A stretch of 63,795 nt of DNA, filler included, from Pelomyxa schiedti (GCA_020536535.1; 4 parts of 4 records of this genome joined end to end with filler, not necessarily neighbours in it), one strand, 5' to 3'. Shown: positions 1-13,200, counted from the first letter of the whole stretch. Numbers and translations: made by a program. The notes: generated by a model not told the origin, from the letters alone.

Positions 1-303
1 TGTGTGAAAGTTGCGTTGGCCATGAATTGTAACATTGTCGCTGGCTGTGACGATCGCCACATGTGGACTTGATTTTGATATCACGACAGCCATCAGCATT
101 TTCGCAGCATTAAAGGCTCGAGCAAAAACACAACACTTCAGACAATTTTCCCCAAAGTCTCAGGAAAACCCTTTTAACTTAAGTTAAAGAAGCAGCCAAA
201 GTTTGCTAAAAAAAAGTCTATCCTGGTTTTGGGTGCGTGGGAGGGTTGGCGTAAACTCTAGAAAGTGAAAAAAAAATTGGTCTTATCCCCGTAGGAGGGT
301 TGA

Positions 304-3300
304 ATGTACGACAGTTTCTATTTCCTTAAGGGACATAGGTGCCATCCGCGTTCGGTGGTTGCTCTCAAGGGCAGGTATGAAGGGTGTTTAAACGAAAAAG
401 GGGAATACATGCATGGAAGGATGGATTACTTCAATGGATCAGTCTATTATGGGACTTGGACTAGTGACAAGCACGATGGTCGTGGAACAATGACCTGGCG
501 CAATGGTGACAAGTATTGTGGATGCTGGAACAACGACATGAAAGAGGGAGAGGGCACACAGAATTGGGAGGATGGATCAATTTACACGGGCAACTGGCAC
601 AAAAACCAACAGCACGGCCATGGTGTGATGCAGAGTCAGAAGAAGGCATACATATATGATGGAATGTGGAGAAATGGCAAGAAGCATGGCACAGGCACAA
701 TAAAGTACACGAATGGGGATGCTTATGTAGGATCATGGGCCAATGGTATGAAAGAGGGAGAGGGCACCCAGAATTGGAAGGATGGATCAATTTACACAGG
801 CAACTGGCACAAAAACCTACGGCATGGTCATGGCGTGCTGCAGAGCCAGCATAAGGCATACATCTATGACGGAATGTGGAAAAACAACAAGAAACAAGGA
901 ACTGGCACCATAAAGTATACGAATGGGGACACTTATGTAGGATCATGGGAGAATGGCAAGCGGAACAATGGCATTGAAACTAAAGCCAACGGTGACACCT
1001 ACGACGGGCAATGGACAGGGAGAGAAGAAGGGAGTGGGGTGATGAGATTGGCAAGTGGGGAGTGCTACATTGGGAAATGGATGGATGACAAACCAACAGG
1101 CAACGGTGAGATGACAATGAAAAATGGGGATGTGTATTCAGGGGAGTGGGTTCTTGGGAAGATAAGTGGGCAGGGCACTGTTACTCGGGCAAGTGGGCAT
1201 GTGTTAAAGGTGAATTTCACATAAGGGATGCCAGAAGGGCCTGGCCTTTGGATTTACAACAACAGCACTGGCGACTTTGTGACATTCAGCTGCAACTTTG
1301 TGAAGGGCAAGCGGAATGGGTTAGGCAAGTTCGCACTGAAAGATGGCAGGGAAATTGCATGTCACTGGGTAAATGACGAGCCAGATCCTGATCGGCCACA
1401 TGCTGTTTTGGTGGAAGTTAATCGTGTGGTAATGCATTGCGAATGGAAACCAGATGGACAAGATTTGCTATTGATGTTTCATGGTAAGGGTGCATCAATA
1501 AACTTGCAACTTGTGACGTCATCACATTCAATTACGTGGAGGGAGTCTATCAACACAGTGGCATAGTGGGAGGTGTGTATCTTTGGAATGACATCTCTTG
1601 TTGTTAAAATAAGACCACAGAGCATCAGTCAGCAGGAGAGCTAGAAGAAAGGCAAGTGGTGCTAAAGGTCTCAGGTAAATTTCACTTTTGTCTTTTTATT
1701 ATCTATTTCAAGCTCCCCACAGATCCACAGAAGGAATTGGAAACTGTGAAAACTGAACTGGAGCAACTCAATTGCTGTAATGTCGTGGAACTGAAGAAAC
1801 TCGAAGTTGCAACTGAAGGTACACTTCCACTTTTTTCTTCAATACTGACAAAGGCTCTGAAGTCTTGAAACTAACAAAGAAAGAGCTCAAAGTCAAACAA
1901 CAAGACCTCGATCACACACTACAATGCATACAAGAGCTCCAAAATGAGAACAATCGACTTACAAGTTGCCTCAAAGACACAGAGGCGGCTGCTTCCAGTA
2001 TGAAGATAAAAATGGACACAAGTTACGAGGTGTGCCTACCAGACTGCTAAAAATTATAACTTGCACAGCAAATTGATTATATGGGGAAACAACTCGCCGA
2101 GTTGGAAACGGAGAGGGAAAGTGTGAGTGTTATTTCTTTCTTTGTTTCTCTCCACTAATCTGCACAGGAACATGGTGCGGTGATCAAACTGGAGGTTTCA
2201 GACAATCACTTCTTCCCTCCCTTTTTTTTTTTTTAACCCCAACTTATTCAAATCAGGAAGGCTTGAAGGCACTGGCAAAGGAGAATGAACAGGTATGAGA
2301 GCCAACCAACCGCCAATATCGATGTTGATTGTCCCAGTTACAACAAGAAAACAAGCAACTTGATTGCCGTGTTCAGGACACCAAGGCTACCCTCTGTCAA
2401 GAACGAACTGCCATGGAAAATCTGCGGAAAGCCCTACTGGAAGAAGTGGAAAGATATAAGGTTTCTCCTTCCTTCAGACTTTGATCCCAATCCCTCTCCA
2501 GACCATTGTGAACACGATGACCTCACTGATTTCAGCAACTCCTGGTGATTTTGGTGTGGAGAAACTCCTTGGGACTGGTTCAAATGCAGCTGCATTCAAA
2601 GTTAAATACCGAACAAGCGGCTCCACAAACAATAGAAGTTTGTTGGCCACGAGTTCATCAACAGACATGGTGATGAAAGTTCTTTTCAACTGGGAGAACA
2701 CACCACAGCAAACCATGCTGAGGCAGAAATACATGGCTGAGTGTGTGGTACTCTCGTTGGTTCCTCATCACCCTAACGTGATCCACCCTCTCGGTGCAAT
2801 TGTCATTCCTTGGTATGTGTTGTTTTTTTTTCTTCAGGGCCATCCCACTGACACGCAATTCTCTGTCACCATTGAAAAACATAAACAACAGCCTCCCGTC
2901 TGAGTTTGTGGAAAAGATACCAAGTGACCAACCAGTTTATAGAGAGCTGGGCAACCACAAATCATTGGCCATCATAATGCCCCATTGTGGCATCACCCTG
3001 TCATCCTTCCTCACTGCATGCACCAACAGGACAGTCAAAATTGCACAGAGCCTGTTTGTTCAAGGAGTCAAAGCCATACAGCACATTGAGTCACACTCGA
3101 TTGTTCACAGGTTTTTGCGGTCTCTGACTGTTCATTAAACAAACACAAACACCCACAGGGATATCAAAGGGGACAACATTCTTGTTGACACTGAGAACGG
3201 GAGGCTGACACTGATTGACTTTGGCGAGGCCCAGGTCTGCCCAAACATGGAGATGACGATAACTGCCACAACAGAGACGTGGGGAAACACCGGAACAATT

Positions 3301-3630
3301 CCTCCTGAGCTGAGTGTGTTCCTCAAGTGCATAACAAGGGGTGGCAGTGGTGTGTTCTCATACTCAAAGTGTGACTCGTTTGCACTGGCGCTCACATTCT
3401 GGGATGCTCTCCTGCCACAGACCAACAGGTTCATTGGGAGCACAATGAACCACGACATGAGCACGTTCAACACCCAGTCACTCCTCAACGAGTTCCCTGT
3501 TTTGTTTTCGTCAAAACCAACAGGAGCACCAACTAATGATGCTTTGGAATCAGTGATGATTGGGATGATGAACACTGACAAATCTATGAGGCTCTCTGCC
3601 ACTCAGGCAATTTCAGCACTCACGTCATGA
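304..3630 (+). pseudogene. MORN repeat - coiled coil - PINK1-like Ser/Thr kinase gene, multi-exon, with in-frame stops (probable pseudogene or split gene)
   Basis: MORN repeats (YxGxWxxGxxxGxG) at 304-1350, short coiled-coil exons, then kinase motifs LGTGSNAAAF, VMKVLFNWE, HPNVIH, HR|DIKGDNIL (intron 3111-3158), DFG, WGNTGTIPPE, YSKCDSF. In-frame TAA at 1222-1224 lies inside a MORN unit (NFT*GMPEGPG). TAG at 1564-1566 sits where paralogs have GAG TGG GAG|gt. Confidence 0.75.
538..957 (+). repeat. Intragenic tandem duplication of a 210-nt (70-aa, three-MORN) unit
   Basis: ATGAAAGAGGGAGAGGGCAC occurs at 538 and 748. The peptide MKEGEGTQNWxDGSIYTGNWHKN...GTIKYTNGDxYVGSW is repeated twice. Confidence 0.9.
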
Positions 3631-4549
3631 CAATGGCTCAATAAAAAACCAGACCAGCTTGTGTAGTAAGGGAGAAAGAAGCCCAAATACAAACACAAGA
3701 GTTTATTTATTGTTTATTACTTTAGCTTGAGCCACTACAATGGCGTTGTTCCCGCCTTATAAAGGCACTCGAATCAGTTCTAGGCGCCTGAATCTCTCTC
3801 AGGGTCTTAACAGATTCGCGGTAGTTTTCCCAGAAAAAAGTGATTAGAACCGCACTTAGCGAAGTCACCTCGCCACACCATCAATATCGAATTCAATAAG
3901 CGGGTGATCGAATCTATTACAGACGTAACAGCATCGTAACAACAACAGCGCGGAGATGGAGCGTTTCACACACAAGTGAAGGAGTGTCTCGCGCAAAATA
4001 TCAACCAAGGAATGCAATCTTTTTCGCTGCAGCAGGGTCCTCAACGTCGGAAGACACTAAACAGTGTTGTTCATTTGTTGGGTATGCTACAATGATGGCC
4101 CCACACTGTTGTGTGTTGTATTTCGGTTACTATGTATAAAGAACCCCAAAAAGTGTTTCTTTTCTGAAGTTCGGCAATGAAAGAATCACTGACTACCACT
4201 GTTTCATGTCCAATCCAGGCAGCTCCCAGATAATCTTGAAAACAACTTCTGATGAGTCATGCCCAGGACTGAGGGTAACCAAGGTGGTTGGCACCCAAAA
4301 CAACACTCGTCAGATCAAGCTTAGCACCACTCCAAAAGGACAGCAGAGCAAAGCATGGAGCAGGAGGAGCTTGTAACTGAATACACTCCCAGACTTCAGA
4401 AACAAGCAAGAAGACAACACCAGCGTATGGTTGCTTCTCACACTGCTGACCCTCAGCCTGAGCAGCAGGGTCAAGAAGACAACAATGGGAACAACCACAA
4501 CCACCATAGCCACAGTGGTCAGAAGCAAAAGCAAACACAGACACAGCCA

Positions 4550-4796
4550 AAAAACTTGAGGGAGGCCAGTATCGAGTACCAGGGGATGAATGCACCTGTG
4601 TTGGGTGATTCCTTCAGGGAGCCAACTGTTGATGTGTGACTTCCCTTTTTTTTATCCCTACAGGAGGAATCCTGGCATTTGGATCGCTTATGAACTTGAT
4701 GTGCCCCAGTTCATTGGTACTATTGGAAAGCCAAGTGAAGGGCGAAATTCATACTACATTCCCAAGTTATCTTGAAGGACTCTCTCCTGGATATAC
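4550..4796 (+). repeat. Duplicated gene-fragment block, also at about 12559-12823
   Basis: Near-identical DNA encoding KN(L/F)REASIE..GMNA.VLGDS.REPTVD and GGILAFGSLMNLMCPSSLVLLESQVKGEIHTT, with an intron-like T-rich spacer in both copies. Confidence 0.85.
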
Positions 4797-6330
4797 ACAA
4801 GCTTGTTGTCACCGAAATTTGAAGCTGCAAAACTCTGAAGCACAGAAACACTTTCTGACAAGAACTCCAATTATCCAAAATCGAGAACATTTAATATTCT
4901 AAATGGACCCAAAGAAATCTAATCCGAAATCTAATCCCTCTGAGTGGGAGTGTCCTACTTGGGTGTGCAGAAATGTGGGATTTTTCTTTATTTTCCATCA
5001 TCTTTTCCTTCTGTCATCCCATGGTGGAAAGTGGACTGTGTTTTTATCTTTTAAATGGGAGGTGGCAGTGCACTCCCTGAGGATTTGATGGAGTCTGACT
5101 TCTCAATGTAAACTGTGGAGGAACAGACACCAAGCCATTTCTTGCTGGCATGAAGTTCAAAAAAAAATCATCACAATCTGCTCTCTTTGGCCCTCATACC
5201 CTCTGTGGTGAAGCATAAGATAGTTCAAGCACCGAAGGGCAGAAGACACAGCAGGACGAACCATTTAGTCCTACAGTAATGCCAGTGCCAGGGGCCCTTT
5301 CATCCCTTTTGGTGGCACTGTCATCACACTTTTCACTCGCATACATCAACAACCTCAAAGGCAGTGAAATATATAAATATTAACCCAATGTTAGGGTGCC
5401 TTGAAGATACTTAATGCCGGAACTATCATACTGTAAATGGGGAATGCTGTTGCAGGCAGGGCAACACAGCACATAAGTGACAAGAAATACAGAATAGTCA
5501 CATGTGTCCCTTTGTCTTTAACATGTGCTTGCTTCCACAGCTTCACCTGGGCCCCAGGGTCTTCCATCCAGCGTTCTCTGTGCACAAGAAGTAAGTTGCA
5601 AATGCCGTAAAAACTACTCAATGTGTGCCACAGTCGCGACCCATAATGGACCGCGTTTTTAATTTTTAAGTGGGAGCAGGTCACAATGGACTTCCGGAGG
5701 ATTTGAAGATACAAGCTTGACTACTTTTATGCCATTACAGTGATCTCAAAGACTTGGAGTCTTACTTTTCATCTCAGGCTCAGAGTCATTGGCATTACTG
5801 GATTGGGTGCACGGACTATTTTTTTGCATCCTCCATCACGCTTGAGAGGCAATGCAGACCAATGTTAAGGGCTCCATCGTTAGATCTGGTGTCACAAAGC
5901 ACCTGTGATATGTAAGCTCTGAGCAAAACCTCTGGAAGTACAGAGTGCTGAACAACCACAAATAAGAAGCCACTGCCAGCTGCAACCTGATCGAAGTTAT
6001 CATTGATCATCAGGGTTGATTGCCCTCGAAGTACCGCATCGGCGGACATGATTCACACCGGGCCAGCAGGTCACCTTGCGTATGCGTGGCGTCGTGGCTG
6101 TGGACGAGTTTTGTTGGAAACAAATCATCAGACCACACAATTCCAGAGACCTGTTGAGCCTTCAGAAACTTCATATTTTTTCTGGCTCAATTTAGCCAGA
6201 TTAAAGTTCTCGATTCAGAATAATTGGAGCTCCTACTGAAGAAAGGACTGCTAGGTGGAATCGGTGCATCCAAAGCAGTGGGGTCATTCCTCACTTCAAA
6301 ATAATGTTTACCGTGACTATGTTGAATTTC

Positions 6331-6962
6331 AGCGTCAAGATTGTCAACAATGACTGGCGTTTCGATGGAAGAGGCACTTCACGAGGTTTACTTTGCGCAC
6401 TTTATTGGCATGCTATTTACTTGTGGGTAGGTTGATTTGTCAATTGACAGAATGTTCTATTGGGCTACTTACAAACGGCGGCATCGTGCAAGAAACTCCA
6501 TGGAAAGGCTTGAGCCAGTTGAAACGATAAGCATTGTGTGCCCCAATAACAATCCACTTCTGTCATTTATTTCTCTCATTGCGCCTCCAATTAATTGCCA
6601 GTGGAAATACGATTATTGTGGTACCCTCATCACAGTTCCCCTTGTGTGCACTGGACATGTACCAGGTAACCTTAAACCCTGCACACAGTAAGTGACCACT
6701 CACCCTCCAACAGATATTTGACACATCTGACTTTTCTCCCGGTGTTATCAACATCGTTACCGGAGTTGCCGATCACCTCGCCACGGTGCTTGTTGACCAC
6801 CAGAACCTTCGCGCCGTCTTGGTACTTTGGTTCCGCTGAGGTATGTTCGACTCCGTAACAACACACAAACAGTTCACGCAATAACCGCATCACTAGTGAA
6901 ACATGAAGCGTACCTGAGTTTCCTATGGCCAAGTCCGCGATTGGAGTGATCGCCAAGGATTC
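6331..6962 (+). pseudogene. ALDH16-like aldehyde dehydrogenase C-terminal fragment, copy A
   Basis: Peptides EVDLSIDRMFYWA, EPVETISIVCPNNNPLLSFISLIAPP, PGVINIVTGVADHL and KRT*VSYGQVRDWSD lie in shifting frames, with intron remnants, deletions and a TGA at a Trp position. Confidence 0.7.
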
Positions 6963-7230
6963 AATCTTGTAGCAAACTCACATCCAATGTAGCACAGCCT
7001 CTTTCCATAACTCCTCTATTTTGATCCTTTCCCAGAATTGTTAACGAAAAGTCCCAGAGTGAGCCATTTGAATAGCAAGGACAACCCGTATGCATTGAAT
7101 GCACCAGCCAAGAAGCAATTTGTATTTGTGAATAGGGGAAAAAAAAATACAGAGAGCAATTGTCCTGTGGTTCAAAAACCACTGTGAACCAGTTATGAAA
7201 CACTGGAGTGAGAGGACAAAGGCAGTGGAG

Positions 7231-7877
7231 TCAGGGCTCTCTCTCTGCAACATAAACAACAGTTTTTCCATCGATGACATCCACCACACTCCTGAGGGGT
7301 ACCTTGGACAAGATTGAAGGAGCAACCTTGACGGACCTGCTCCTGACAAGGATATCCGCTTCAAGCTGTGTTGCAAGCCACTCGACAGACTTTTCCAGGA
7401 AATGAAATGGAACGTCGAGGTTGTACAGGAACTCCGGTGCTGATGAAGACTTGGGTCTTGCCTGATAAACCCCCAGTACACAAAAGGCTGGTGGGATCTT
7501 TTGCACTCTGATTGATGGCGTGTCTCCTGCGAGCAGGATTTGCTTCAGTGTGAGATTGGCCTCCTTTGCAGGAGGCACTGGCACCCCAGCAAGATCCACA
7601 AAGACCCAAGCTGAGATCTCTCCTGTTTTGTCAACGTCGTCACGCACGGCGGAAAGTTTCTTGTTGCTGTTCAGGGAGCATGAGGTTGTGTGCGACTTTG
7701 AGGAGGGAGGTGGATCTGAACCTGTGTATTCCCCACAGACTGGAGACCACGGAGGTATTGTTTATGTGCAAAATATCGACCTGCTTGAGCACTTCCCCCA
7801 GGCTGCAAGAGGGTGAGGCTGGCACGTACTGTGGAATGAGGAAGGGAGGGGGAGAGTTAGGTGGATTCCAACAGTGT
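7231..7877 (-). CDS. 3' exons of IFI44-like GTPase paralog, copy A (truncated by scaffold gap)
   Basis: Nearly identical to the 14343-14989 C-terminal exons (DKTGEISAWVFVDLAGVPVPPAKE...VYVAEREP*). Confidence 0.75.
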
Positions 7878-7977
7878 NNNNNNNNNNNNNNNNNNNNNNN
7901 NNNNNNNNNNNNNNNNNNNNNNNNNNNNNNNNNNNNNNNNNNNNNNNNNNNNNNNNNNNNNNNNNNNNNNNNNNNNN
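7878..7977. other. 100-N scaffold gap
   Basis: Run of 100 N. Confidence 0.99.
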
Positions 7978-8169
7978 TTTCAAGTCGTTTTCGAGTCCTT
8001 ATAAGCCCGACACACTCCGACCTTAGAATCACGACCCAAACCTCATAAATCAAAACAAACAACAAACAGAACAAATAATAGAATCCTTTCTTGATCTCGT
8101 TCTTGTTCTCTGCTTTGCTGTCACACAACGAACTACATCCCACAGAAGCACACACTCCTTCAGGCAGGA

Positions 8170-10242
8170 ATGGAGACTGTATATGACCATGGTGACCTCT
8201 TCCATGGTGTTCTTTCCTCACACAAGGGAAAGAAATTCTTATCCACAAAAGTGAAAGTGAAGAACGGGAGAGGGAGGGTGCTCTTTGATGATGACAAAGA
8301 GGGAGGAGGGAGTTACATTGGTTGGTGGAAGGATGACAAATTTGATGGGAGGGGTGTGCGCTTGTGGGCAAATGGAGACAGGTATGTGGGCAACTGGGAA
8401 TTAGGAGAAGAGAGCGGGCCAGGGACAAAAAAGTGGGCCCGAGATGGATCCTCATTCACTGGTAGTTGGGTGTGTGGTTTCCCATCCTCTGGGATAATGA
8501 CGTGGCCAAATGGAGACAACTTTGAGGGCACATTTGTGCATAAACAAGTGGGAGGAGAGGGCAAATATTTTGGCAAGGGCGTTATGCACTTCTCACCTTC
8601 ATCCCCCAAAGCTCCACTGGAAGGTGTTCTTGAAGACACCACATTTCATGGAAGTGATGGGTCTTCCCATAAAATGGGAATTTCATCCCGTATAGACAGT
8701 TCTTCTGATCAAATGGGATCCAAGCTATCAGCGCAGAGAAACCAATGGAATGAAGAAAAAAAACAGCTTGAGGCACCCACTTTCACTCATTCACTTGAAA
8801 GAACCTACTAACACCAACACTAGGAACAAATTGCCGAACTAACAAGGAGGAATGAGCAGGTAGGCCACTCTTTGCAAGATTTCTTCTGACTTCTGGGGAA
8901 ACTTTTTTCCAAGCTCCAAACTGATCAAGCACACATTCAGAATCAGATAACATCCACACGAGAAACCTGTTCTCAAGAACAGCTGACTGTGACCAAGATG
9001 GAAAAAGACATTGCAAGATACAAGGTTTCCAGGTTGGGCAGACTGATGCTTGTTTCTCATTACCGCTCTTTCCACATACACACAGGAGATTGTAAACACA
9101 ATGACATCACTGCTTCCAGCAGATATTTCTGATTTCCGAGCTAACAGACTCCTTGGGACAGGATCAAATGCCGCAGCATTTGAGGTGCAATACCAGAGCA
9201 ACGATTCATCAGCCAGGGAGATGGTGATGAAAGTTCTTTTCAACTGGGAGAACACGCCACGACACACTCTGTTGAAGCAGAAATACATGGTTGAGTGTGT
9301 TACACTCTCACTGGTGCCAGACCACCCAAATGTGATTCACCCCCTTGGTGTTATGATTGTGTCATGGTACCAAAAAAAAAACACTCCAAAAAACCAATAA
9401 TGCGTAGCCTTCCACCTGAGTTTGTTGAGAAAATACCTCCTGATAAACCAGTCTTCAGGGAACTGTGCAGGAACAAGTCACTTGCCATCCTGATGCCACA
9501 CTGTGGGACAACATTGTCATCCTTCTTGGAACAATCACGTTCACTTTCTCAGCAGCGACATTTAGCCGAGGTACTACATCTGTTTGTTCAAGGACTCAAA
9601 GCAATCCATCACATTGAGTCATGTTCGATTGTTCACAGGTTGAGTGAAAAGTGCTGCTTAATTAATGACTCACCTCACTGAGGCAGAGACATCAAGGAAG
9701 ACAACATCCTTGTCACCCCTGTGACTGGTAAGCTTACCCTTATTGACTTTGGTGAAGCACAGCACTGTCCCAACAGCACAAGCCTCGAAATGATGATCTC
9801 CAGCACATCGCAACCCTGGGGAAACACAGGCACCATGCCACCAGAGCTGAGTGCTGTCCTCAGGAGCATAGCCAGGGGCAGGGGTGTTGTGTTCTCATAC
9901 TCCAAGTGTGACTCCTTCGCACTTGCTCTCACGTTTTATGATGCACTGCTCCCACCTTCAAACAAGTTTATTGGGAGCAGCCTGTTCAGTGACATGAGTG
10001 AGTTCAACACACCCTCCCTATGCAATTCGTTCCCAGTCAGGGCATTGTCACCACCACAGATACCAACCCCCACAAGTCCAGCATCATCATACACATCCAC
10101 CAGCCAACCCCACATAAATATCCCCAACATGACAGAGGCTTTCAAGCAAGTGTTGATTGAGATGCTGAACCCTGACAAAGCACACAGGCTTGCAACCTTT
10201 GATGCCCTCGCAAGGCTTGCCCCAACCCAAGATCTCTACTAA
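8170..10242 (+). CDS. MORN repeat - short coiled coil - PINK1-like Ser/Thr kinase, multi-exon
   Basis: ATG at 8170 and MORN units (GSYIGWWKDDKFDGRGVRLWANGDRYVGNW). Kinase motifs LGTGSNAAAF, VMKVLFNWE, HPNVIH, HR|DIKEDNIL, DFG, WGNTGTMPPE, YSKCDSF. Stop TAA at 10240-10242. The first intron needs a GC donor at 8773. Confidence 0.85.
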
Positions 10243-13200
10243 ACTTCCACTACAAGAAGAAACAAAAAAGATCAGCTGTTCCAGGAATTTCTGGGGTGGG
10301 TCAGAATTACCACTATCACAGCAACAATAATGGCAGTGAATAGAATAGTTCCCCAGAAACGGAAGTGATTCGGTTTCTTGCTGAGAAAAAGAGAAATTTC
10401 ACTCGTGTTAGATCCAGTGTTTTTCATTTTTATGGTTTTCATAAAAATGTTAATGAATGACTTACTACGGGGCTGACTGACTTGCAGCTGTATTTTCTGA
10501 AGTGTTAGTGAGCACTGCTGCTGCTCAAGGCAAGTTTAATGATAAAGTAACATGACATGAAGACCGGCGCAAGTATGAACATATACTCGAAAGCGAAAAA
10601 CCTGAGTTGCCATTATTGACGCTGGTTTACACCACGTTGGCCGTGTTTCTCTGCAACGAAAAATTCTTGTAAGTTTACTACGGCTGAAAAAGAGATCGGC
10701 GCTCTTCGACTGGGCATGGGTTATGTGTCGGCTGGGTTGCACCTGGGCATTTCTGCCATTCAAAATCAGAACTCGGGTGCCAAACCGTTGACTTCACAAA
10801 ACTTGACCGTGCATACACACAGGAGCTCCTACTGTTTGCAAAAAGCAAGGACCCAGGCCTTCTCAACAGAGAGCTTTATTTGTAAATGTTTATTACATAT
10901 GTAACAGATCTGTCCGATGTTGAAGTATTTCTCATTCATATTACTCGCTATACAAACCGCGCGGTTGAGGCCGAGACGGTGGCGATATATACCTTTGATT
11001 TGATTTATCTGGAATACTCTTGAGGCAACTCTTGCAGAGATAAACAAACCACTGTAGACTGATAAGTTCATGGAGCTGACGAAAATCTAAACTCCAAAGG
11101 CAGGCGGGGCTTGCAACCCTCTTTTGGTGTTATAAGAGTTGAGCATAGGTTCTGAACTTGGTAGCTTGACTGTATTTTTTTTGTCCTTTCCCTCACCTTC
11201 CCAGATACACTGGAAACTTGCGAAAGGAAATGTTGAGAGTTTGCGCATATGAAAAACTCGTTATACACCTTTGAGCCTGAAATGCTGTGTGGTGCAGCTT
11301 TGTTGATCTGATTTGGAAGTCAGAACTCGATGCGCAGTACTGTACACTTCATGGTTGTGGAGATAAATAAGCCACTGGTGAGTGATAAGCAAGTCGAAAG
11401 GGAACCCACTACTGCACCGTGGCTGAGGGATGGAGAATCCAATGCTTTGTTTACCTGAGCAGCATAACAACGGAGATGGATATATACAAACAAAGAAAGG
11501 CAAAAATTGCTGTGTTTGAACATTGTTGGCTTCTCATTAGAGATTATAGTGAACAACCATGATAAGATGACACTGAGAGTATTTGAAACTTTATCCTGTT
11601 GGGTCAGTATTATGACCAGTTTATTCTCCCAAACGCGGAATTGATTCAACTGAGTACGGAAAGAAGGAGTTGAGGATTGCAATTTATTTGCAAGAAAGCC
11701 CTCATGTGCTGTCTCACGCCATTGGTCAAACTTCAGGCTTACTTTAGGTTTCCATGTCTTGAGTACTGAGATATTGTTATACTAATCCACATTCCAGAAG
11801 AGGGGAATATATATATATAGGAATATTCTCCTTCAGTTGGAATGCATGGTGCCTCCAAAAATATTAACAGTGGGAGTGTTGTGGTAGAACTGTGTTTTGG
11901 CTATCACTGAGAGTTGCGTTGTGACAAGTTTGGTTGTTCAGCACCAATATTTGTTCTCATTTTTTTTTCTTTGTTGATACATGGAACTTTCTGCCTCTGG
12001 TTGCTGTATTTTTCAGGCCCAAGCTGGTTCACCAAATGGATGAGCTTACATGAGCTTTCTCTCGTACTACTCCCTCCAAGTTCTGGGCCCTTTCCTTCAG
12101 CCACCCCCACCCATAATGAAAGATGGATGACAATTTATCTCTGGAATGGCAGTGGTTCACAACAACTTCTGGGTTTCAACCTGAGTTCTGTGTGAAAACT
12201 TACCAACAAACTCTGGGGTATTCCTTTACCTATTTCAATCACCCATAATGAAACATGAGGGTTATAGCCTCTGTTTGGTTACGAATGTTTCGGACTCTTA
12301 ACGCTGATTGATGGTGAGACTACCCAATTGCGTTCAACAAGATATAAAAAAGATGACATGTGAGAAGAAGGCTTTTCTGGTGTGGGGCCTGTGCTGCTCC
12401 AATTTCTTGCAGTCATCTCTCCAGTCGGAGCTCTCATTATCCTGAACCAAGAACATTTAATCTGCTGAAATGAGCCAGAAAAAATATGAAACTTCTGAGG
12501 AGATAGGAGACCAGAACTGGAAGTATACGTCTCCAGCACACACTGGGCTTCAAAAGACAAAAAACTTCAGGGAGGCCAGTATTGAATGCCGGGGGATGAA
12601 TGCACTTGTGTTGGGCGATTCCCATAGGGAGCCAACTGTTGATGTGATGACTTCCCTTTTTTTGTTTTTTTTTTTGTTTATCCCTGCAGGAGGAATCTTG
12701 GCATTTGGATCGCTGATGAACTTGATGTGCCCCAGTTCATTGGTACTATTGGAAAGCCAAGTGAAGGGTGAAATTCATACTACATCCCCAAGTTATCTTG
12801 AAGGGGACTCTCTCCTGGATATAATGCTGAACAACCACAAATAAGAAGCCACTGCCAGCAGCAACCTGATCGATCATCAGGGTTGATTGCGGACATGATT
12901 CGCACCGGGCCAGCAGGTCACCTTGCGTACGCGTGGCGTCGTTGGCTGACTCTCTCCAGTGAACAAGGCCCACAGCACTGGGGCAATCCCGCACCCTTCC
13001 AAAGGGAGGGAGTTGCAAAGCGGTCTGTATAGTACATGTAAGTGTAGTGTACTTGATAGATTTAACAAGTACCCCATTATCACGGTAATAGTAATGACCA
13101 CCACTATTAATGACAAAAATTGTTGAAGGGAGCACATGTGCCTCAGCCAATCAATTGCCAATAGGTAGAAGCTCAGGAGTTGTCGAGTGCCATGGAATGG

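Larger units (their letters stand above)
6331..7877. repeat. Segmental duplication, about 6331-7877 matching about 13375-14989
   Basis: The DNA is colinear and highly similar across the ALDH remnant, the spacer and the 3' exons of the IFI44-like gene. Confidence 0.92.

Noticed and set aside
1222-1566. Alternative genetic code (TAA/TAG read as Glu or Gln)
   Set aside because: TAA and TAG end genes at their expected C-termini (PI4KA at 47248, the CCHC protein at 23694, FEX at 35431, RING at 52751), and long conserved exons lack internal TAR codons.
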